Assembly (NCBI GenBank): GCA_964016885.1
Contig: OZ024742.1
Span: forward strand, 374,666,001 to 374,730,000
DNA from: Eledone cirrhosa
Taxonomy: Eukaryota
Direction of reading: 5' to 3'
Length of the DNA stretch: 64,000 nucleotides
Below the pieces are notes generated by a model. That model worked only from the letters and a program-made list of their open reading frames with translations. It did not search any database and was not told the DNA's origin. Numbering within the stretch: position 1 is the stretch's first letter; the number at the start of each line of letters is the position of its first letter. Below are positions 49,401 through 61,400 of this stretch, in pieces. The position numbers were made by a program, and so were the translations under genes.

Positions 49401-52400
49401 CTAAGATGACTGTGTCACACTCATAGGATTGTCATGTTCTGGGGATAGATAGACAGCTAAATGACTGTGTCTCACTCATAGGACTGTCATGTTCTGGGGA
49501 TAGACAGACAGCTAAGATGACTGTGTCTCACTGATAGGACTGTCATGTTCTGGGGACAGACACACAGCTAAGATGACTGTCACACTCATAGGACTGTCCT
49601 GTTCTGGGGATAGACAGCTAAGATGACTGTGTCTCACTCATAGGAGTCATCTTCTGGGGATAGACAGACAGCTAAGATAACTGTCTCACTCATAGGACTG
49701 TCATGTACTTGGGATAGACAGCTAAGATGGCTGCGTCTCACTCATAGGACTGTCCTGTTCTGGGGACAGACAGCTAAGATGAATGTCTCACTCATAGGAC
49801 TGTCATGTACTGGGAATAGACAGCTAAGATGGCTGCGTCTCACTCATAGGAGTCATCTGCTGGGGATAGACAGCTAAGTTGACTGTCTCACTCATAGGAC
49901 TGTCATGTACTTGGGATAGACAGCTAAGATGGCAGTGTCTCACTCATAGGACTGTCCTGTTCTGGGGACAGACAGCTAAGATGACTGTCTCACTCATAGG
50001 ACTGTCATGTTCTGGGGATAGACATCTAAGATGGCTGCGTCTCACTCATAGGACTGTCATGTTCTAGGGAGACACAGCTAAGATGACTGTGTCTCACTCA
50101 TAGGACTGTCATGTTCTGGGGATAGATAGACAGCTAAGATAACTGTGTCTCACTCATAGGACTGTCATGTTCTGGGGATAGATAGACAGCTAAGATTACT
50201 GTGTCTCACTGATAGGACTGTCATGTTCTGGGGATAGATAGACAGCTAAGATGACTGTGTCTCACTCATAGGACTGTCATGTTCTGGGGACAGACAGATA
50301 GCTAAGATGACTGTGTCTCACTGATAGGACTGTCATGTTCTGGGGATAGACAGACAGCTAAGATGACTGTCTCACTCATAGGACTGTCATGTTCTGGGGA
50401 TAGATAGACAGCTAAGATGACTGTGTCTCACTCATAGGACTGTCATGTTCTGGGGATAGACAGCTAAGATGACTGTGTCTCACTGATAGGACTGTCATGG
50501 TCTGGGGATAGATAAACAGCTAAGATGACTGTGTCTCACTCATAGGACTGTCATGTTCTGGGGATAGACAGCTAAGATGACTGTGTCTCACTGATAGGAC
50601 TGTCATGTTCTGGGGATAGATAGACAGCTAAGATGACTGTGTCTCACTAATAGGACTGTCATGTACTGGGGATAGACAGACAGCTAAGATGACTGTGTCT
50701 CACTAATAGGACTGTCATGTTCTGGGGATAGACAGACAGCTAAGATGACTGTGTCTCACTGATAGGACTGTCATGTTCTGGGGATAGACAGCTAAGATGA
50801 CAGTGTCTCACTGATAGGACTGTCATGTACTGGGGATAGACAGACAGCTAAGATGACTGTGTCACACTCATAGGACTGTCATGTTCTGGGGATAGACAGA
50901 CAGCTAAGATGACTGTGTCTCACTCATAGGACTGTCATGTTCTGGGGATAGATAGACAGCTAAGATGACTGTCTCACTCATAGGACTGTCATGTTCTGGG
51001 GATAGACAGACAGCTAAGATGACTGTGTCTCACTCATAGGACTGTCATGTTCTGGGGATAGACAGACAGCTAAGATGACTGTGTCTCACTCATAGGACTG
51101 TCATGTTCTGGGGATAGACAGACAGCTAAGATGACTGTGTCTCACTCATAGGACTGTCATGTTCTGGGGATAGATAGACAGCTAAGATGACTGTCTCACT
51201 CATAGGACTGTCATGTTCTGGGGATAGACAGACAGCTAAGATGACTGTGTCTCACTCATAGGACTGTCATGTTCTGGGGATAGACAGACAGCTAAGATGA
51301 CTGTGTCTCACTCATAGGACTGTCATGTTCTGGGGATAGATAGACAGCTAAGATGACTGTCTCACTCATAGGACTGTCATGTTCTGGGGACAGACAGACA
51401 GCTAAGATGACTGTGTCTCACTGATAGGACTGTCATGTTCTGGGGATAGACAGACAGCTAAGATGACTGTGTCTCACTCATAGGACTGTCATGTTCTGGG
51501 GATAGATAGACAGCTAAGATGACTGTGTCTCACTAATAGGACTGTCATGTACTGGGGATAGACAGACAGCTAAGATGACTGTGTCACACTCATAGGACTG
51601 TCATGTTCTGGGGATAGACAGACAGCTAAGATGACTGTGTCTCACTCATAGGACTGTCATGTTCTGGGGATAGATAGACAGCTAAGATGACTGTCTCACT
51701 CATAGGACTGTCATGTTCTGGGGATAGACAGACAGCTAAGATGACTGTGTCTCACTCATAGGACTGTCATGTTCTGGGGATAGACAGACAGCTAAGATGA
51801 CTGTGTCTCACTCATAGGACTGTCATGTTCTGGGGATAGACAGACAGCTAAGATGACTGTGTCTCACTCATAGGACTGTCATGTTCTGGGGATAGATAGA
51901 CAGCTAAGATGACTGTCTCACTCATAGGACTGTCATGTTCTGGGGATAGACAGACAGCTAAGATGACTGTGTCTCACTCATAGGACTGTCATGTTCTGGG
52001 GATAGACAGACAGCTAAGATGACTGTGTCTCACTCATAGGACTGCCATGTTCTGGGGATAGATAGACAGCTAAGATGACTGTCTCACTCATAGGACTGTC
52101 ATGTTCTGGGGACAGACAGACAGCTAAGATGACTGTGTCTCACTGATAGGACTGTCATGTTCTGGGGATAGACAGACAGCTAAGATGACTGTGTCTCACT
52201 CATAGGACTGTCATGTTCTGGGGATAGATAGACAGCTAAGATGACTGTGTCTCACTAATAGGACTGTCATGTACTGGGGATAGACAGACAGCTAAGATGA
52301 CTGTGTCACACTCATAGGACTGTCATGTTCTGGGGTTAGACAGACAGCTAAGATGACTGTGTCTCACTCATAGGACTGTCATGTTCTGGGGATAGATAGA

Positions 52401-55400
52401 CAGCTAAGATGACTGTCTCACTCATAGGACTGTCATGTTCTGGGGATAGACAGACAGCTAAGATGACTGTGTCTCACTCATAGGACTGTCATGTTCTGGG
52501 GATAGACAGACAGCTAAGATGACTGTGTCTCACTCATAGGACTGTCATGTTCTGGGGATAGACAGACAGCTAAGATGACTGTGTCTCACTCATAGGACTG
52601 TCATGTTCTGGGGATAGATAGACAGCTAAGATGACTGTCTCACTCATAGGACTGTCATGTTCTGGGGATAGACAGACAGCTAAGATGACTGTGTCTCACT
52701 CATAGGACTGTCATGTTCTGGGGATAGACAGACAGCTAAGATGACTGTGTCTCACTCATAGGACTGTCATGTTCTGGGGATAGATAGACAGCTAAGATGA
52801 CTGTCTCACTCATAGGACTGTCATGTTCTGGGGACAGACAGACAGCTAAGATGACTGTGTCTCACTGATAGGACTGTCATGTTCTGGGGATAGACAGACA
52901 GCTAAGATGACTGTGTCTCACTCATAGGACTGTCATGTTCTGGGGATAGATAGACAGCTAAAATGACTGTGTCTCACTCATAGGACTGTCATGTTCTGGG
53001 GATAGATAGACAGCTAAAATGACTGTGTCTCACTCACAGGACTGTCATGTTCTGGAGATAGACGGCTAAGATGACTGTCTCACTCATAGGACTGTCATGT
53101 ACTGGGGATAGATAGACAGCGAAGATGACTGTGTCACACTCATAGGACTGTCATGTTCTGGGGACAGACAAACAGCTAAGATGACTGTGTCTCACTGATA
53201 GGACTGTCATGTTCTAGGGAGACACAGCTAAGATGACTGTGTCTCACTCATAGGACTGTCATGTTCTGGGGATAGATAGACAGCTAAGATGACTGTGTCT
53301 CACTCATAGGACTGTCATGCTCTGGGGATAGATAGACAGCTAAGATGACTGTGTCTCACTGATAGGACTGTCATGTTCTGGGGATAGTTCGACAGCTAAG
53401 ATGACTGTGTCTCACTCATAGGACTGTCATGTTCTGGGGACAGACAGACAGCTAAGATGACTGTGTCTCACTGATAGGACTGTCATGTTCTGGGGATAGA
53501 CAGACAGCTAAGATGACTGTGTCTCACTGATAGGACTGTCATGTTCTGGGGATAGACAGACAGCTAAGATGACTGTGTCTCACTCATAGGACTGTCATGT
53601 TCTGGGGATAGACAGCTAAGATGACTGTGTCTCACTGATAGGACTGTCATGTTCTGGGGATAGATAAACAGCTAAGATGACTGTGTCTCACTCATAGGAC
53701 TGTCATGTTCTGGGGATAGACAGCTAAGATGACTGTGTCTCACTGATAGGACTGTCATGTTCTGGGGATAGATAGACAGCTAAGATGACTGTGTCACACT
53801 CATAGGACTGTCATGTTCTGGGGATAGACAGCTAAGATGACTGTGTCTCACTCATAGGACTGTCATGTTCTGGGGATAGACAGACAGCTAAGATGACTGT
53901 GTCTCACTCATAGGACTGTCATGTTCTGGGGATAGATAGACAGCTAAGATGACTGTCTCACTCATAGGACTGTCATGTTCTGGGGATAGACAGACAGCTA
54001 AGATGACTGTGTCTCACTGATAGGACTGTCATGTTCTGGGGATAGACAGACAGCTAAGATGACTGTGTCTCACTCATAGGACTGTCATGTTCTGGGGATA
54101 GATAGACAGCTAAGATGACTGTGTCTCACTGATAGGACTGTCATGTTTTGGGATAGATAGACAGCTAAGATGACTGTGTCTCACTCATAGGACTGTCATG
54201 TTCTGGGGATAGATAGAGAGCTAAGATGACTGTGTCACACTCATAGGACTGTCATGTTCTGGGGATAGACAGACAGCTAAGATGACTGTCTCACTCATAG
54301 GACTGTCATGTTCTGGGGATAGACAGACAGCTAAGATGACTGTGTCTCTCTGATAGGACTGTCATGTTCTGGGGATAGACAGACAGCTAAGATGACTGTG
54401 TCTCACTCATAGGACTGTCATGTTCTGGGGATAGATAGACAGCTAAGATGACTGTGTCTCACTCATAGGACTGTCATGTTCTGGGGATAGATAGACAGCT
54501 AAGATGACTGTGTCTCACTCATAGGACTGTCATGTTCTGGGGATAGACACACAGCTAAGATGACTGTGTCTCACTCATAGGACTGTCATGTTCTGGGGAT
54601 AGATAGACAGCTAAGATGACTGTGTCACACTCATAGGACTGTCATGTTCTGGGGATAGATAGACAGCTAAGATGACTGTGTCTCACTCATAGGACTGTCA
54701 TGTTCTGGGAATAGATAGACAGCTAAGATGACTGTGTCTCACTCATAGGACTGTCATGTTCTGGGGATAGACAGACAGCTAAGATGACTGTGTCTCACTG
54801 ATAGGACTGTCATGTTCTGGGGATAGACAGACAGCTAAGATGACTGTGTCTCACTCATAGGACTGTCATGTTCTGGGGATAGACAGACAGCTAAGATGAC
54901 TGTGTCTCACTCATAGGACTGTCATGTTCTGGGGATAGATAGACAGCTAAGATGACTGTGTCACACTCATAGGACTGTCATGTTCTGGGGATAGATAGAC
55001 AGCTAAGATGACTGTGTCTCACTCATAGGACTGTCATGTTCTGGGGATAGACAGACAGCTAAGATGACTGTGTCTCACTGATAGGACTGTCATGTTCTGG
55101 GGATAGACAGACAGCTAAGATGACTGTGTCTCACTCATAGGACTGTCATGTTCTGGGGATAGATAGACAGCTAAGATGACTGTGTCACACTCATAGGATT
55201 GTCATGTTCTGGGGATAGATAGACAGCTAAGATGACCGTGTCTCACTCATAGGACTGTCATGTTCTGGGGATAGATAGACAGCTAAGATGACTGTGTCTC
55301 ACTCATAGGACTGTCATGTTCTGGGGACAGACAGATAGCTAAGATGACTGTGTCTCACTGATAGGACTGTCATGTTCTGGGGATAGACAGACAGCTAAGA

Positions 55401-58400
55401 TGACTGTCTCACTCATAGGACTGTCATGTTCTGGGGATAGATAGACAGCTAAGATGACTGTGTCTCACTCATAGGACTGTCATGTTCTGGGGATAGACAG
55501 CTAAGATGACTGTGTCTCACTGATAGGACTGTCATGGTCTGGGGATAGATAAACAGCTAAGATGACTGTGTCTCACTCATAGGACTGTCATGTTCTGGGG
55601 ATAGACAGCTAAGATGACTGTGTCTCACTGATAGGACTGTCATGTTCTGGGGATAGATAGACAGCTAAGATGACTGTGTCTCACTAATAGGACTGTCATG
55701 TACTGGGGATAGACAGACAGCTAAGATGACTGTGTCTCACTAATAGGACTGTCATGTTCTGGGGATAGACAGACAGCTAAGATGACTGTGTCTCACTGAT
55801 AGGACTGTCATGTTCTGGGGATAGACAGCTAAGATGACAGTGTCTCACTGATAGGACTGTCATGTACTGGGGATAGACAGACAGCTAAGATGACTGTGTC
55901 ACACTCATAGGACTGTCATGTTCTGGGGATAGACAGACAGCTAAGATGACTGTGTCTCACTCATATGACTGTCATGTTCTGGGGATAGATAGACAGCTAA
56001 GATGACTGTCTCACTCATAGGACTGTCATGTTCTGGGGATAGACAGACAGCTAAGATGACTGTGTCTCACTCATAGGACTGTCATGTTCTGGGGATAGAC
56101 AGACAGCTAAGATGACTGTGTCTCACTCATAGGACTGTCATGTTCTGGGGATAGACAGACAGCTAAGATGACTGTGTCTCACTCATAGGACTGTCATGTT
56201 CTGGGGATAGATAGACAGCTAAGATGACTGTCTCACTCATAGGACTGTCATGTTCTGGGGATAGACAGACAGCTAAGATGACTGTGTCTCACTCATAGGA
56301 CTGTCATGTTCTGGGGATAGACAGACAGCTAAGATGACTGTGTCTCACTCATAGGACTGTCATGTTCTGGGGATAGATAGACAGCTAAGATGACTGTCTC
56401 ACTCATAGGACTGTCATGTTCTGGGGACAGACAGACAGCTAAGATGACTGTGTCTCACTGATAGGACTGTCATGTTCTGGGGATAGACAGACAGCTAAGA
56501 TGACTGTGTCTCACTCATAGGACTGTCATGTTCTGGGGATAGATAGACAGCTAAGATGACTGTGTCTCACTAATAGGACTGTCATGTACTGGGGATAGAC
56601 AGACAGCTAAGATGACTGTGTCACACTCATAGGACTGTCATGTTCTGGGGATAGACAGACAGCTAAGATGACTGTGTCTCACTCATAGGACTGTCATGTT
56701 CTGGGGATAGATAGACAGCTAAGATGACTGTCTCACTCATAGGACTGTCATGTTCTGGGGATAGACAGACAGCTAAGATGACTGTGTCTCACTCATAGGA
56801 CTGTCATGTTCTGGGGATAGACAGACAGCTAAGATGACTGTGTCTCACTCATAGGACTGTCATGTTCTGGGGATAGACAGACAGCTAAGATGACTGTGTC
56901 TCACTCATAGGACTGTCATGTTCTGGGGATAGATAGACAGCTAAGATGACTGTCTCACTCATAGGACTGTCATGTTCTGGGGATAGACAGACAGCTAAGA
57001 TGACTGTGTCTCACTCATAGGACTGTCATGTTCTGGGGATAGACAGACAGCTAAGATGACTGTGTCTCACTCATAGGACTGCCATGTTCTGGGGATAGAT
57101 AGACAGCTAAGATGACTGTCTCACTCATAGGACTGTCATGTTCTGGGGACAGACAGACAGCTAAGATGACTGTGTCTCACTGATAGGACTGTCATGTTCT
57201 GGGGATAGACAGACAGCTAAGATGACTGTGTCTCACTCATAGGACTGTCATGTTCTGGGGATAGATAGACAGCTAAGATGACTGTGTCTCACTAATAGGA
57301 CTGTCATGTACTGGGGATAGACAGACAGCTAAGATGACTGTGTCACACTCATAGGACTGTCATGTTCTGGGGTTAGACAGACAGCTAAGATGACTGTGTC
57401 TCACTCATAGGACTGTCATGTTCTGGGGATAGATAGACAGCTAAGATGACTGTCTCACTCATAGGACTGTCATGTTCTGGGGATAGACAGACAGCTAAGA
57501 TGACTGTGTCTCACTCATAGGACTGTCATGTTCTGGGGATAGACAGACAGCTAAGATGACTGTGTCTCACTCATAGGACTGTCATGTTCTGGGGATAGAC
57601 AGACAGCTAAGATGACTGTGTCTCACTCATAGGACTGTCATGTTCTGGGGATAGATAGACAGCTAAGATGACTGTCTCACTCATAGGACTGTCATGTTCT
57701 GGGGATAGACAGACAGCTAAGATGACTGTGTCTCACTCATAGGACTGTCATGTTCTGGGGATAGACAGACAGCTAAGATGACTGTGTCTCACTCATAGGA
57801 CTGTCATGTTCTGGGGATAGATAGACAGCTAAGATGACTGTCTCACTCATAGGACTGTCATGTTCTGGGGACAGACAGACAGCTAAGATGACTGTGTCTC
57901 ACTGATAGGACTGTCATGTTCTGGGGATAGACAGACAGCTAAGATGACTGTGTCTCACTCATAGGACTGTCATGTTCTGGGGATAGATAGACAGCTAAAA
58001 TGACTGTGTCTCACTCATAGGACTGTCATGTTCTGGGGATAGATAGACAGCTAAAATGACTGTGTCTCACTCACAGGACTGTCATGTTCTGGAGATAGAC
58101 GGCTAAGATGACTGTCTCACTCATAGGACTGTCATGTACTGGGGATAGATAGACAGCGAAGATGACTGTGTCACACTCATAGGACTGTCATGTTCTGGGG
58201 ACAGACAAACAGCTAAGATGACTGTGTCTCACTGATAGGACTGTCATGTTCTAGGGAGACACAGCTAAGATGACTGTGTCTCACTCATAGGACTGTCATG
58301 TTCTGGGGATAGATAGACAGCTAAGATGACTGTGTCTCACTCATAGGACTGTCATGCTCTGGGGATAGATAGACAGCTAAGATGACTGTGTCTCACTGAT

Positions 58401-61400
58401 AGGACTGTCATGTTCTGGGGATAGTTCGACAGCTAAGATGACTGTGTCTCACTCATAGGACTGTCATGTTCTGGGGACAGACAGACAGCTAAGATGACTG
58501 TGTCTCACTGATAGGACTGTCATGTTCTGGGGATAGACAGACAGCTAAGATGACTGTGTCTCACTGATAGGACTGTCATGTTCTGGGGATAGACAGACAG
58601 CTAAGATGACTGTGTCTCACTCATAGGACTGTCATGTTCTGGGGATAGACAGCTAAGATGACTGTGTCTCACTGATAGGACTGTCATGTTCTGGGGATAG
58701 ATAGACAGCTAAGATGACTGTGTCTCACTCATAGGACTGTCATGTTCTGGGGATAGACAGACAGCTAAGATGACTGTGTCTCACTCATAGGACTGTCATG
58801 TTCTGGGGATAGATAGACAGCTAAGATGACTGTCTCACTCATAGGACTGTCATGTTCTGGGGATAGACAGACAGCTAAGATGACTGTGTCTCACTCATAG
58901 GACTGTCATGTTCTGGGGATAGACAGACAGCTAAGATGACTGTGTCTCACTCATAGGACTGTCATGTTCTGGGGATAGATAGACAGCTAAGATGACTGTC
59001 TCACTCATAGGACTGTCATGTTCTGGGGACAGACAGACAGCTAAGATGACTGTGTCTCACTGATAGGACTGTCATGTTCTGGGGATAGACAGACAGCTAA
59101 GATGACTGTGTCTCACTCATAGGACTGTCATGTTCTGGGGATAGATAGACAGCTAAAATGACTGTGTCTCACTCATAGGACTGTCATGTTCTGGGGATAG
59201 ATAGACAGCTAAAATGACTGTGTCTCACTCACAGGACTGTCATGTTCTGGAGATAGACGGCTAAGATGACTGTCTCACTCATAGGACTGTCATGTACTGG
59301 GGATAGATAGACAGCGAAGATGACTGTGTCACACTCATAGGACTGTCATGTTCTGGGGACAGACAAACAGCTAAGATGACTGTGTCTCACTGATAGGACT
59401 GTCATGTTCTAGGGAGACACAGCTAAGATGACTGTGTCTCACTCATAGGACTGTCATGTTCTGGGGATAGATAGACAGCTAAGATGACTGTGTCTCACTC
59501 ATAGGACTGTCATGCTCTGGGGATAGATAGACAGCTAAGATGACTGTGTCTCACTGATAGGACTGTCATGTTCTGGGGATAGTTCGACAGCTAAGATGAC
59601 TGTGTCTCACTCATAGGACTGTCATGTTCTGGGGACAGACAGACAGCTAAGATGACTGTGTCTCACTGATAGGACTGTCATGTTCTGGGGATAGACAGAC
59701 AGCTAAGATGACTGTGTCTCACTGATAGGACTGTCATGTTCTGGGGATAGACAGACAGCTAAGATGACTGTGTCTCACTCATAGGACTGTCATGTTCTGG
59801 GGATAGACAGCTAAGATGACTGTGTCTCACTGATAGGACTGTCATGTTCTGGGGATAGATAAACAGCTAAGATGACTGTGTCTCACTCATAGGACTGTCA
59901 TGTTCTGGGGATAGACAGCTAAGATGACTGTGTCTCACTGATAGGACTGTCATGTTCTGGGGATAGATAGACAGCTAAGATGACTGTGTCACACTCATAG
60001 GACTGTCATGTTCTGGGGATAGACAGCTAAGATGACTGTGTCTCACTCATAGGACTGTCATGTTCTGGGGATAGACAGACAGCTAAGATGACTGTGTCTC
60101 ACTCATAGGACTGTCATGTTCTGGGGATAGATAGACAGCTAAGATGACTGTCTCACTCATAGGACTGTCATGTTCTGGGGATAGACAGACAGCTAAGATG
60201 ACTGTGTCTCACTGATAGGACTGTCATGTTCTGGGGATAGACAGACAGCTAAGATGACTGTGTCTCACTCATAGGACTGTCATGTTCTGGGGATAGATAG
60301 ACAGCTAAGATGACTGTGTCTCACTGATAGGACTGTCATGTTTTGGGATAGATAGACAGCTAAGATGACTGTGTCTCACTCATAGGACTGTCATGTTCTG
60401 GGGATAGATAGAGAGCTAAGATGACTGTGTCACACTCATAGGACTGTCATGTTCTGGGGATAGACAGACAGCTAAGATGACTGTCTCACTCATAGGACTG
60501 TCATGTTCTGGGGATAGACAGACAGCTAAGATGACTGTGTCTCTCTGATAGGACTGTCATGTTCTGGGGATAGACAGACAGCTAAGATGACTGTGTCTCA
60601 CTCATAGGACTGTCATGTTCTGGGGATAGATAGACAGCTAAGATGACTGTGTCTCACTCATAGGACTGTCATGTTCTGGGGATAGATAGACAGCTAAGAT
60701 GACTGTGTCTCACTCATAGGACTGTCATGTTCTGGGGATAGACACACAGCTAAGATGACTGTGTCTCACTCATAGGACTGTCATGTTCTGGGGATAGATA
60801 GACAGCTAAGATGACTGTGTCACACTCATAGGACTGTCATGTTCTGGGGATAGATAGACAGCTAAGATGACTGTGTCTCACTCATAGGACTGTCATGTTC
60901 TGGGAATAGATAGACAGCTAAGATGACTGTGTCTCACTCATAGGACTGTCATGTTCTGGGGATAGACAGACAGCTAAGATGACTGTGTCTCACTGATAGG
61001 ACTGTCATGTTCTGGGGATAGACAGACAGCTAAGATGACTGTGTCTCACTCATAGGACTGTCATGTTCTGGGGATAGACAGACAGCTAAGATGACTGTGT
61101 CTCACTCATAGGACTGTCATGTTCTGGGGATAGATAGACAGCTAAGATGACTGTGTCACACTCATAGGACTGTCATGTTCTGGGGATAGATAGACAGCTA
61201 AGATGACTGTGTCTCACTCATAGGACTGTCATGTTCTGGGGATAGACAGACAGCTAAGATGACTGTGTCTCACTGATAGGACTGTCATGTTCTGGGGATA
61301 GACAGACAGCTAAGATGACTGTGTCTCACTCATAGGACTGTCATGTTCTGGGGATAGATAGACAGCTAAGATGACTGTGTCACACTCATAGGATTGTCAT

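Noticed and set aside
16469-50067. Short ORFs inside the satellite (16469, 20686, 20801, 27678, 31580, 49879)
   Set aside because: These are chance openings from runs of 54-bp units or frame hops. The monomer is rich in TAG/TAA/TGA, and its lengths are mostly not multiples of 3.
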